A stretch of 64,000 nt of DNA. It comes from Octopus sinensis. Lineage: Eukaryota. This document shows, piece by piece, positions 39,445-51,194 of this stretch. How positions within the stretch are numbered: the first letter of the stretch is position 1; each line of letters opens with the position of its first letter. A program made the translations under genes and the position numbers. The stretch lies in NCBI RefSeq assembly GCF_006345805.1, contig NC_042997.1, forward strand, positions 161,944,001-162,008,000, read 5' to 3'. Below the pieces are notes generated by a model. That model was not told the DNA's origin. It worked only from the letters and a program-made list of their open reading frames with translations, and did no database searches.

Positions 39445-40620
39445 TTATTTCACTTCTCAAAGTTTTCAATTTCACTTGCTCTGGTTAATTCTGTCAGAGC
39501 AGACAACTTGTTGTCAAAGGTCTCACAGGGTCTCTTTCCATGTTACTTTATATCTAAGAACCAATCTCTAAATCCTTGCTATCCCCAATAAAGTAGTTTT
39601 CTTGAGAATATTCTACCCTCATGTCAATCCTAGTTTCTCCAACAAATTTCTCAAACCTGGTTGTTAATGCTCTCAGTGTCCCTACAACTACTGAGATGAC
39701 AGTTACTTTCTTCATTGCTCACATTCATGCAATTTCAACTTTTAGTGGCTTGTACTTTTCATTCTTTTTCCAATTCTTTATCAACCACTCATACATCCCT
39801 AGGTGTGGCAATATCTATGATCTTGAAGGTGGCAAGCTGGCTGAAACATTAGCATGCCGGGCGAAATGCTTAACAGTATTTCAGCTGTTTTTACGTTCTG
39901 AGTTCAAATTCCACTGAGATCAACTTTGCCTTTCATCCTTTTGGGGGTCAATAAATTAAGTACCAGTTGCATACTGGTGTCAATCTAATCAACTGGCCCC
40001 CTCCCAAAAAATTTTGAGCCTTGTGCCTAGAGTAAAAAAGAATATCTATAATTTTGGTTTCCTTCATCATTTAATCAACTACAATAAATATTTGGTCACT
40101 GGATTGTAAAATCCCACAAGATCTTATACTCATTCTCGGTGATGCCTTCTGGTTTATACTCGTACCATTTCAATGTCCTTTCAAGGCCTTATTTTTAACA
40201 CAATCTCCAACAAACATACTTAGCTACATTATCATGCCTCCATTTATATTACTTTGGAGCTAATTTTCTACACTCACACACAATATGTAAAACTGTTTCA
40301 TTTTTAATGCCACATATTCTACAAAGGGGTGATTCACTAATTTTAAATATTTGGAACTAAGTGCAATTAGTTCTCTGAGCTTGTTCCTGAGCACTGAATA
40401 TTATTGCCTCAGTGTATCATTTCAGATCACTTTTCTTTAGCTACCTCCAAGTGTTGGTCTTGTCTTTCCTGTCCATTTCTCCAAGATATTGCCCATACAT
40501 CGCTTTCATTTTCCAGTTGTTCCATATTTGCTCTCCGTTTTGTTTCTTAAACACTTCTGGGTTCATAAAGCCTCTCTCTATGTTATTTCTAGTATGAAGG
40601 CACACATGCATAGCCATTAT
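39445..40620 (-). mobile_element. R4/Dong 3' fragment interrupted by a SINE family A copy (~39825-40045)
   Basis: 3' end and endonuclease region homologous to 36505-37600; the SINE core is inserted in the middle. Confidence 0.75.
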
Positions 40621-40654
40621 TGTTATTGTTGTTATTGTTGTTGTTGTTGTTGTT

Positions 40655-40915
40655 ATTTTACTTCTCAGAGCGCTTGATCTTGTTTGCTCTGGTAGATTCT
40701 GTGAGAGTGGACAGCATCTTACCATCAAAGGTCTCACAAGGTCTCATTCTGTACATTATAAGCTTTGATACTTGGTTGTTAATTATCGTGAGAGTCATTC
40801 AACATCCAAGTACCAATCTCAAAAGTCCTAGTTGTCCCCAACAGCACAGTTTTTTGGGCTTGCTCTGCTCTCATGTCAATTCCAATTTCTCCAATATATT
40901 TCTCGAACTTGATTG
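40655..40915 (-). mobile_element. Short R4/Dong 3'-end fragment
   Basis: TTTTACTTCTCAGAGCGCTTG...CAACATCCAAGTACCAATCT matches the 3' end at 36520-36720. Confidence 0.7.
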
Positions 40916-40924
40916 TTCGAGAAA

Positions 40925-40964
<40 letters not shown>

Positions 40965-41770
40965 GTTTATGGTTTCCTTTCATCATAACTTTATTTCAGC
41001 TGTCATAGTTCAGGGTATCTTCTGGAGGCCAAGAGTAGCAAGGGCTCTTTTGTTTTGCTATGCATGCAAAAATTATCACCACATTTATTCCATTTTAGAA
41101 GGAGAGTGCTTTCCATGGTATATGGGCTGTACCCATCAAGGTTATCTTTTGTAGTTCACAGAGATTGGGGTTACCAGGAAGTTGCTTAATATACTTCTCA
41201 GCTTCCTTCTTTACCATTCCCAATACACCAATTACCACTGGCATTATCATAGTACTAAGCTTCCACATTTTTGTGATTTCAATTTGCAGATCTTTATAGT
41301 GAGAAAGCTTTCCGTATTCCTTTCTTGAGACAATTTGATAGATATGTCTATTAATAGACAATTTCCTTTGTTGTAGTCCTTGATCCTAATGTCTGCTCGA
41401 TTGGAGTCAATTTTTCTGTTTGTATTGGGACATTCCAAAGGATGGTGATGCCCTCACCATTTACTACATTCTCTGGATGGTGCCTGTAAAACTTATCATG
41501 GGATTTAATTTTGTAGTATTTACAAGCATTCCAGTGGATGTACTACCCTAGTCTGTCATGTCTTATGAGGTATTCCTTTTCAGCGAGAACTGGGCAGCCA
41601 GAAACAACATGATCAATTGTCTCTGTGAATTTTCTGCAAATTCTGCATGCGGTGTCAGATCCATCTTTAAGGGCGTTTGCTTGGTAGTTTCTGTTAGGTA
41701 AGTTCTGATCTTGTGCTGCAATAACAAAACCTTTTGTTTCCCCTTTCAGACCTGTCCCTTGTAGCCATTG
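40965..41770 (-). mobile_element. R4/Dong-related 3' fragment (different subfamily)
   Basis: GLKGETKGFVIAAQDQNL, CR.CRKFTETIDHVVSGCPVL, RHDRLG, DSNRADI, KYKDLQIEITKMW...IGVLG. Confidence 0.8.
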
Positions 41771-41809
41771 GTGTGTTTTATTATTATTATTATCATCATC
41801 ATCATCATC

Positions 41810-43530
41810 ATCATTGAAGATTTATATTCAAAACTTTTGCTCCATGCATTACATGAAGACCAAAATGTTCTGAAGAGCTACTTTTTGATCTACGTGGGGA
41901 AAATTGTGATTGAATTTGTAAAGTTTATTCACTACTTCAAATATTTTGAAAAAGTATGGCGTTGACTTTTTCGGTAAAAAGCCACAGAAACGAGATTAAA
42001 TATTGGAAGAGCTATTTTCACTGCACCTTCCTTTGTTAAAACAAACTAGTGTGATCTTTAGTGCCTCGGGAAAGTATGAAATCCATCCCAGGCCCGATCA
42101 ATCTGCCAGATGGCTTACAACTGTACATAGCTGTTAAGAGAACAAAGCCAAGATGTCACATATTTAGTGACACAAACCATCTCAATGTTTTCTGCCTGCA
42201 GCAAAGATGGAGAGAAACAAGGTCCCATTTCTACCAACATCATCACCACAACAGCAACAACACTAATAGTACCAACAGCATAATCGCAACAATAAAGTAA
42301 CTTCAACACTACTCAGTTACAATAACAGTAATAACACCGACAGTAGAAACAACAGTGACAAAAATAACTAAGAAACATCACCCTCAAGAGCCACCACATC
42401 ACCAACAGTGCAGCAACTGAAAGTCCCCAAACAACAACTGAGCAAAAAGAAAATTACATTCTCAAAGATATGCCCCCCACTTGGAACCACTCAGACATAT
42501 TGTATGATTAGGGTGGTGGAAAGGAAAGCAAATGGCAAAAAGTAACAATCAAGAAAAAAAGTAAAGAGAAAAACACGCCAAAAAAATCCTTGACGGTTCA
42601 AACGGACAAAAACATCTCCCAGCGACAATACCACCTCCACCACCAACAACACCAATACTATCAACACCATCGTCATCATCACATCACAAGCACAGCCAAC
42701 ATCAAAAACACCAGCAAAACCTTATTATGCACCTAAACCAAGAACAACAACGACATTATAATTTTCACTGCTGTAAATGCAAACAACAAACAGTTAATGA
42801 AACACGGATATCAACTGAGAGGCATTACTCAGAACGACTTCCTCACATCATCAAATATCATACCAACACATAAAAATCATCGAAACATGAAGCATATACA
42901 ATGCCACCCAAAGTGAATATACCGACGGAGAAGGAAACTTCAGAAGTAATATCAATAAAGGATTTTACACGGAACTGCTAATGGAAACCCGCAAATCTGA
43001 CCAGGGCGACCGAATGCCTATCCCCCACTCTCAGAATTAATGTAAATAGGTTTTTATAACCTCCCTCCTTCTGTCGAATATAGATTTACTCAGAATAGAG
43101 AATGTATGTAATCAGAGGTCGCTTAGGAAGCAGGGTTAGCTGCTCTACGACCTCAGGTCACTAGACAGATGTGATGGCCATCATTGAGACCGGGATTTCC
43201 TATCCATGAACCTTCGCGCCTACTTTGGAGGATCTACTTGTCTCCAAGTCAACCGAGAATGGGAAGCAGAGTTGCAGTGTCCTCTCGGAAAGGTTTGGAT
43301 CTCGTGATACAGACCATCTTCTTGGACCCAGAAAATAAGTCGATGGTGCCAGATGTGACCAGCAGCGAAAGCTATACTTTCAGACTAGTAGACATCTACA
43401 GTCCAACAGGGACCAGCAACCTCATTTCTTTAGGTGTTTGGAGTTTTTCCTAGGAATTTACCGTTCCTTAATGCTAATGGGAGATTGGAAAGGTATCTTG
43501 GATGCATACTTAGATTATGTGACGCTAGCT
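41810..43530 (+). mobile_element. L1/Tx1-like LINE 5' part (ORF1 remnant plus APE endonuclease start)
   Basis: PINLPDGLQLYIAVKRTKPRCH...NHL (knuckle-like), then NV...LLYDLRSL..DVMAIIET, VAVSSRKGL, FRLVDIYSPTG, FF..LEFFLG, GDW..ILD. Confidence 0.6.
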
Positions 43531-44089
43531 GGTAGAATAGGCTGCAGAAGCCCTACAAACCTGCACTGACGTTTCCAACTGTCTGGCGGGTACCGACTAA
43601 GTTTCCAGAATATACTAATGTATAAAGAGATAACAATGTTTATGGATATTCTTCTTTGGGTAATACATGCTGTATATAAAGAAGTATTCTAATTACTAAT
43701 TTCAAATAAACCTTGGATCAAGTGTTTGTTAATTTCCCTGATCTAACTATCTAATTTTTCACGCGTGCAAAGCTTGATAACTCAGTATGTGTGTGAGTGT
43801 GAAAGAGAGAGGTGGGGATAATCTTTTATACGGAATTCCTAATTTTTTTCCGGGGAGAGAAGCGCCACAAACTGAAAATTTGAGAAAGCTCTTCGACGGT
43901 TTCCTACAAATGTAGACCAGTTGCCCGGCATGCGATGAGATATCACTGTTGGGACAAACCTGCACTGACGTTTCCAACTGCGTTGGGCTTGCTCAGACCG
44001 GTTACTACGAGTTTATCGTCAGCAGTTGCCATGGCAAAAGTTTCGTGCGTACATTTCTTGTTTTTTATGCTCTACTCTATGTAAAACAA

Positions 44090-44900
44090 AGAAAACACAA
44101 AGGCCTGTGGATATCCCCATGAATGTAATAACAAAAATCTAAAGGGCATACGTGTTCAGAAACACCACAGAATGTTAAACTGGAAAATTCAACAGCACTG
44201 TGTAAAACGTTTGACTGATCACAGTGTTGAATCGGTCACAATATATAACCTTAAGAAGCAGGAAAACGAAACATTTCTATACCGAAAGAAATAAAAGTGA
44301 GAAAAACATTACATAGATCGAAAATAAGGAGATGACGGTGTGTTGATTGTGCTGGGATAAATATATGAAACAAATAAAAATCTTTTATAACGAACTGGAT
44401 ATTCACAAAGCTGATTACAAAAATTTAAGAGAAGACATGGCATTAAATACTTAAATATTTGTGGTAGTAAGCTTCAACTGATTATAAAGCACCTGAGAAA
44501 TCTATGAATGTGCTTGCAAAGATTATCGCTGATAAAACTTTAATTACAGAACAAATGTACAATGTTGACGAAACATCAATGTTCTGGCGTTATTGTCAAG
44601 GAAAACATTCGCTAAAGCTAATGCGAGATTGACCAGAAGTTAAGGATAGCAAGGGCAGATTAACTGTGGTAGGATCATTAATACAAGTACCCTTAAGTGT
44701 AAGCTTACTTCTTAAGCAAAACCTTGTATCCTCGGTGTCTGAATACGTTACCTGTGCATTATTACGTTAACAACAATCATGGATCTCTAGGGATCTCATT
44801 TAGATTGTGTAATGCAAGAGAACAAGAACTGGATTCCAAGAGTAAGATTTTGTTATTCCTAGATAAATGTTCTGAACAAAAACAGTGTTTATGCACTTCC
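44090..44900 (+). mobile_element. pogo/Tigger (Jerky-like) transposase remnant
   Basis: AKIIADKTLITEQMYNVDETSMFWRYC, K..GRLTV and KILLFLDKCS resemble the DDE_1 motifs YNADETGLFW and LLLLDNCSAH. Confidence 0.65.
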
Positions 44901-45599
44901 TCCAAATGTAACATCCTTGTTAGAAATAGAAAATATGTTTTGTTAGAGTTACTTCACTATTCTTAGACCTACTTCTTTTATAACTGTCTCCCACGTATTT
45001 CAACGATCTTGTAGTATAACATATTGCTTTCGTTTTCGTAAAGTAGTTTTCGCATGGATTTACCGTTCCATAATATAGAAATAGCTTGAATTCCTGTAAA
45101 TTACACATATGAGCCAGACGGTGGCAATAGCTTAGCTTCTTTAAACATAACATACTTCCAACACCGTGTGACCGCCCTACGCACTCTGCTGGGTCACCGA
45201 GTAGAAGGGGAACAGTAGCCACAAAATCTCTTAGCAAAATAAGAGTTACATTTCCTTCCCTTTTTTTCTTAATTGTAACTGCGTTAACAATATTGACTTC
45301 ATTTGTTTTGCAGTCATATTGCTACAGCAACATAATTGGTGTTCATTTTTGAAACTGAAAGGAAAATGTCTTACTCCAAGATCACTGATTTACTAGTTTC
45401 CAGCTTTCTTGTAAATGTTTAAGAAAAACAGAGGGAGGAAAGGTAAGCGGCTTGCTCTTTACTTCTTGTTCAGAAACATTTGCTTGTTAATCGAACAAAT
45501 ATGCCTTCCAACATTTGCGAACGAAAATCAAACGTCAAGTATGATTCGTTAAAATTATTTCACTATTTTTAACACTTTCAAACTTACTTTTTAAGAGTT

Positions 45600-46290
45600 A
45601 TTTCATTATTTATTTATTTCGATCTCATAAACGCTACACACCGACCATGAATTGTCCAGATGAGGTGAAAGAGCATTCTACTAGCAGCTAGATCATCTGA
45701 TACAGACTGTCCTGCATTCCGATAACCTCTTCTTACTTGGCGATTTTAATGTTCACGTAGGGATAGGCAATACGGCAGAAAATAATGGTATCGGTCTTAG
45801 GGAACGAAAATTCCTTCTAGTGTGGAACAAAATCATAGAGAAAGAAAATTCAAATGACACTCTCACTGACCAATTCTCACTGTTGAGGAACAGCTGGTCG
45901 TCACAAACACTTGTTTCAACAAAACCCAACTTTAAATCAATATGGAGACATTCAAGCTCTGGAAATTTGCATCAAATAGACTTCATCATCATTAGATAAT
46001 GTAATTGGGAGGATTGTCAATCTAACCACGCTATTCAGTGAAGCAAAATTTTTATTATGTTCAAAAGGAAATACTGGCACCAATAAGTACGACGAATGAA
46101 GAAGCTAGACGTTACAAATCTTGCTGCCATCCAGTCACCTGATCCCGGGGCAATGGGGAATGATGGAAACACCCACAGACCATGCTAGTAATGACTATGA
46201 CTTAGTAACCAGTTACTGGCTTCAGCAAATACAAACGGGTTAAGAAAAAGCATAAAGATCGGTTCGACGCGAACGAATCACCAGTAAATT
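45600..46290 (+). mobile_element. RTE/BovB-like LINE APE endonuclease remnant
   Basis: LLGDFNVHVG, LVVTNTCF and WRHSSSGNLHQIDFIIIR. Confidence 0.65.
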
Positions 46291-47689
46291 CCTTACTTAT
46301 CCAACTCCACTCTCTCCGAGTCAAATATACCAATGGTACAAAACAAGCGAAATGAGAAACATTTGTTGGATAGAGATGATGGAACTACATTCATTAAAGA
46401 GCTGGTGCTGCTCTGGTGATTCCTAACAAAGATAAGATCTCCCCCAAGAGTAGTTGTGATCATTTGCTCAGGCTCTGACGACACACTATATGTATTTCTG
46501 TTGTAAATGGAGACACTTATGCATCATGACACCACTCCTATTTTGTACCGTCCTCTCTGCAATGCCCTAAGTTGTTTTCAGAAAATGTAGTAGATGAATG
46601 AATAAGTGTTTCATGAATATTCATGAATAAATGTTATGTTCTCAACCTCCAGTGCCTACAGATACGGGCGAAGCTCCTATTTCTGCTTGTACCCGAGTTC
46701 CTCTATTCATATGACTGCGCATTGGTAGCCTATTCCCAAGATTATTTACAAACAATTTCGCCAGAGCAACTATTTGTTTAATGCCTCTCACCATTAACAC
46801 TAAGAAAACATGAGTGATGTTCTAGCTAAAATCTCATGATGAGATCATAAAGTTAAGTGAAGAATAAATGAAGTTTGTTTACAAGTTCTACTGTCTGCGA
46901 GGTGGGAACTTCTAATGAAATATTTACATAACGGTGAAATCACGGTGTGGATAGGGAAAGTAAGTATTGCTTCTGATGACTACATGACATGGTCTGGTCT
47001 GACCATGGAATTCACCTTAACACTTAGGTATACATCGGAATGTTGACCTGACTACTCTTTTATGCGATAGTGAATTTTCCACGTAGCAACACCAAGGTGT
47101 CAAAAACCAAAACAGTTCCAGCAAATATGCCTCCAGAAAATCATGTGAGAGAACATGGTATCTAATACAACAAATATGCGTGAAAAATTAAATTAATATA
47201 CCAAACGTAAAAATTTTCATTTAATTTTAAAATTTCAAAAAGTGAAGCCAAGTAGAATAGATCCAAAGAATATAAACATTTAAAAACTTTGTAAAGGAAT
47301 ACAAAATTTATATAATAAAAATCGTCGCACCTTATATTACAGTAAATACATTTTGTTTGTTAGATATAAACTATACAGCGTATATACATATACAACATAG
47401 CAAAGACAAAAATAAATTACATCAGTTTAACCCTTTATTATTTCTATTTCTTAACTCACTAAATTTATTTCTACAGAATCCAGCTCATTCATCTTCGATA
47501 ATAAAAGTTGTCGATCAATATATAGTATTTACATATATCCACACCGGACCACATATATATCCCACACAGACTCACCATCATACATGCGTGCACGTACACG
47601 CACGCACACACACATTCAAAAAAGTAAAAACACAGAAAAGTTTGGTAACCACGAAACAGTCCTTAGTGCAGATAGTAATAATAATCCTT

Positions 47690-48030
47690 TCTTTTACAAG
47701 CACAAAGCCTGATATTCGATTAAAGCGGCCCCTGTATTCAACGGGTACATATTTTATCGACCCTGAAAGGATGAAAAGCAAAGTCGACCTCGGCGGAATT
47801 TGAACTCAGAACGTAAAGCAGGAAGAAAAGTCGCTAAGCATTTTGTCTGGCGTGCTAACGATTTTCCAGCTCGCTGCGTTACTAATAATCACAATAATTT
47901 CACATTTTGGCACAAGAACAGCAATTTCGGAGGAGGGGTAAGTCGAATACATCCACACTAGTGTTCAACTTGTATTTATTTTATCGACTCTGAAAGGAAG
48001 AAAGGCAATGTTGTCACACCAGAATTTGAT
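47690..48030 (-). mobile_element. Two SINE family A copies, CpG-retaining
   Basis: AAAAGCAAAGTCGACCTCGGCGGAATTTGAACTCAGAACGTAAAG is the reverse complement of the family core with CpGs intact. Confidence 0.75.
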
Positions 48031-48084
48031 GTATGTTCATTTAGTGCTTGCTTTGGAGCGTTATTTTAGATAGCGGCTTCCCAA

Positions 48085-48442
48085 CCTAATGGTTCCTGAT
48101 TCAGTCCCACAAAGTGCCAACTTGGGAAAGTGTCTTTTATTTTAGCCTCCGGTCGACCAAAGCCTTGTGAGTGGATTTGCTAAACGGAAACTGAAAGAAG
48201 CTTGCCACACACATACGCACACACATATATGTCGGTGTTTACCCCACTCCCCGCTTCACAACCGGTGTTGGTATGCTTACGTCCCTGTAACTTAGCTGTT
48301 CGGCAAAAGAAATCGCTAGAATAAGTAAGTACTAAGCTTAAAAAAGTAAAAAGTCCTGGGGTCGATTTGTTCAACTAAAGCCCTTCAAGGCGGTGCCCCA
48401 GCATGGCTGCGGTCAAATGACTGAAATAAGTAAAAGATAAAA
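48085..48442 (+). mobile_element. Second SINE-like family (B), near full copy
   Basis: GGTTC..TTCAGTCCCAC...CTTGGG.AAGTGTCTT...CGACCAAAGCCTTGTGAGTGGATTTG...GTCAAATGACTGAAA.AAGTAAAAGATAAAAG. Partial inverted copy at ~51190-51245. Confidence 0.7.
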
Positions 48443-48479
48443 GGTGTGTGTGTGTGTGTGCGTGTGTGTGTGTGTGTGT

Positions 48480-48516
<37 letters not shown>

Positions 48517-49027
48517 TGTGAGAAACGCACGTAACGATGCATAAAAATATTTATAAATCTCATCCAAGCGTAAAGACCGTGTAATGCGGGGTGACGAGGG
48601 TGGCTCTTTAGTACATCACACAGCCCTTACAATAAATATGCATTCAATAGTACAAGTAAGTGCCAGAGAGAAAAAGTTGACACAACCGAGTAGAAGAATG
48701 AAGAGAAGATTTATTGATATGCAAACATGTGTGTTTGTGTGTGCATCATATATACAGTAATAATAGACAGGCTGTCATGAGAACAAAGTGTATGCGTGTG
48801 TGTGCGTTAGCATAGATGTATTCGCATGTTAAGTACATGTAAGAATGACAATAAAGAAACTGACAGTGAAAGAGTCTATAGCCATCGAAGTGAGAAGTTC
48901 ATAGACGCCAGGAAGAGAATATCAGTTCGTAGTCAATTGTACACGGTTGTTGAAATACTGTATCAAGAATTCGCGGCCATGATGCTGAGCCGGTTGCAGG
49001 TACGTGAAGTCGTGGCTGTGATGCCTG

Positions 49028-49076
49028 ATATACAACCTGCAAGAACTTGATACAGGACTTCTTGCAGGTTGTATAT
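49028..49076. repeat. Perfect 18-bp inverted repeat with 13-nt loop
   Basis: ATATACAACCTGCAAGAA (49028-45) / TTCTTGCAGGTTGTATAT (49059-76). Confidence 0.95.
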
Positions 49077-49091
49077 TCGCCCTTGATCCAT
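49037..49091 (-). CDS. Candidate first coding exon (MDQGRIYNLQEVLYQVLA-) or start of a 42-aa sORF ending at 48963
   Basis: First ATG after the candidate TSS (~240-nt AUG-free leader), context ACTATGG. Possible phase-1 donor CAG|gttgta fits the acceptor at 27188, but the donor is weak. Confidence 0.3.
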
Positions 49092-49327
49092 AGTGAAGTA
49101 ATTTACGAACGGAGAAGTGTTAGAACCTGGGCGAGTTGCTAGTTGAGTTGTGTACGTAGAGGGATGTGTTGATGACGTTAAGATGATGATGGTTGCGACA
49201 AAGAAAAAGATTGCTGTAATGCTGTTGGGCGAAGTAAGTCAACGTTGCTGCTATGGTGTCGTCGCTAGAACTGGCTGTGTCTTATGTGGTCAATGGCTAG
49301 ACTTTAAAAGGTCTGGAACCAAAGACG

Positions 49328-49477
49328 TGTAATGAGGAAAAAGCTGGGTTTTTTATAAGGAGCTGTAGGCTCAAAACTGGGTTGAGAACAGGCTGTCTCG
49401 CGTGATTTTATTTAGAGGCTCCGATTGGTTGTACGCGACAAATTGGCGCAACAGAGTAAGAAACAAATTGTGCCAAT
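49328..49477 (-). promoter_or_regulatory. Candidate RNA Pol II promoter (minus strand)
   Basis: TATAAAA at 49357-49351. AACCAATCG (NF-Y consensus) at 49424-28, further CCAAT at 49442-46 and 49473-77. Inr-like TCATT/TACA 24-29 nt downstream of TATA. Unique, CpG-rich context. Confidence 0.45.
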
Positions 49478-49772
49478 ATCAATCAATCAGAGTAGTGGAC
49501 ACAACGAGGTCCAAATAGCGGCCAAAGGCTGTTGCCAGCTACGTTCGATTACACGTATATAAAATGAAAGGAGAGAGGAATTTCACCCGCATCTGCGCTA
49601 CACAGGGATTATTACTATTATTATTACTAGATTTACCCTATATTATATTGGCACAGCTCAGTACGACCTCAAAAAATTGGTATTAGCAGTTGACCTCATT
49701 AGGCTGTAGCCTACATAATAAAATAGTTTTTATATGCGTATTCAAAACGTTTCCCGTAAACGAACTTAAAGG

Positions 49773-49813
<41 letters not shown>

Positions 49814-49815
<2 letters not shown>

Positions 49816-50270
49816 TGGTCTAATCAATAAGTATCCGGACTGTTACCATAGTAACGAAGCTAAAGCACGCAGAGTGAGGATCGCCAGGAAAAAGTTGACC
49901 TTCAACTCTGCTGTGCATGCGCACTAAGTTTTAAAGTTCTAGCTCACTTCTTCTGTTTACAGCAGTGCTTGGAAGAAAGGTGTGTAGCATGTAATCATCG
50001 TGTAGTGTGTAATCTCATGACAGAGGAAGTTGAGTATAGAATCTGCATCAAATTTTGCCAAAAGCTTGGCGATACCTGCTCAGAGGCCTACGCAAAGCTT
50101 TCAAAAAGTTTTCATTCGTTCTCAACACTATCAAGATCTTGTGCAACTGAAATCCGAGTGTTTTCTTGGTCAGCTGAAAGTAATTTTGGCACAAATTTGG
50201 CAGACACACGTCTCATATCTAAATCTTCGGTGATAATGGACTGAACCGAACAGCTAAGAGACATATGCAT
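49814..50270. mobile_element. Truncated mariner with an internal inversion
   Basis: TA|CGTGGTCTAATCAATAAGTATCCGGACT left end. Plus strand MTEEVEYRICIKFCQKLGDTCSEAYAKL (ATG 50017), then minus strand SVQSIITEDLDMRRVSAKFVPKLL (~50108-50270). Confidence 0.75.
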
Positions 50271-50386
50271 TTACAAAAAGAGCAGAAGACACACGCACAC
50301 ACACACACATAGAAAACTAAAGACAGAGGCAGATGAGGGAACAATAAGCAGGAGTATTAGTTTGGAGCTCGGGAAAAATGGAAAAG

Positions 50387-50424
50387 TCTTTAACGTTTCG
50401 AGCTTACGCTCTTCGACAGAAAGG
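50387..50424 (-). ncRNA. Second copy of the variant hammerhead-like motif
   Basis: Reverse complement CCTTT-CTGTCGA-A-GAGC(GTAA)GCTC-GAA-ACGT-T-AAAGA. Flanking ~100 bp is homologous to 29790-29870. Confidence 0.45.
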
Positions 50425-50484
50425 GAAGGGATGAGAGGGGGAAAATGTAGAGAGAAAAGTATGTCAAGATACATACATACATAC

Positions 50485-50547
<63 letters not shown>

Positions 50548-50839
50548 AAGCTGATTTCAACATTACATAGAAATAAAAATTAATTTAATGATGATTCAGT
50601 TAAATATGATTTTTCAAATCATATTCACTTAAAATACTTTTTAATAATTAAAATATTGTCTGTTTAAAGAAGGCTAAAATATAAATACTCACTGTGCAAA
50701 CAATTTGTATCTTTTAGGGTTATGTTACTTTCGGGGTATGTTCCCATTATGCGCCGGTTTGGCTGTATTAAATTACAGACTAGCACGCACGCAATCACGC
50801 AAGACTTCACAATTTTAGTAATATATAGATAGGACTATG

Positions 50840-50885
<46 letters not shown>

Positions 50886-51162
50886 ATATATATATATATA
50901 TACTCCGTTGTTTTTTCGTCCTTGTTTTCGTATACATTCGCTGCTTTCTTTCAAGGAATCTAATGCTCTTAGCTTAGGTTTTCCTTGGGACTGGCCAGAT
51001 TGGGGCAATCTCGAGTATAACCAGCCGAAATTGCAAAGATAATCTGGAACTCGACTGAGGAAAGAAAATTTCGAATGACCCGTCCGTGTTTATCCTTGTC
51101 CTTATTTTGTATCATCTAGCTGTCTGGATGTTTTGCGTTCTTGTCCCATTTTTGTATTCCTT

Positions 51163-51194
<32 letters not shown>

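Noticed and set aside
46293-46484. 63-aa minus-strand ORF with possible donors
   Set aside because: No domain signal and adjacent to a decayed LINE; cannot be supported as an exon.
49059-49076. Similarity of the hairpin arm to let-7 (shared AGGTTGTATA)
   Set aside because: Only 10 nt match the 3' half; the let-7 seed TGAGGTAG is absent.
51055-51085. CTGAGGA...TTTCGAATGAC as another hammerhead
   Set aside because: Stems I and III do not close and GAAA is replaced by GAAT.
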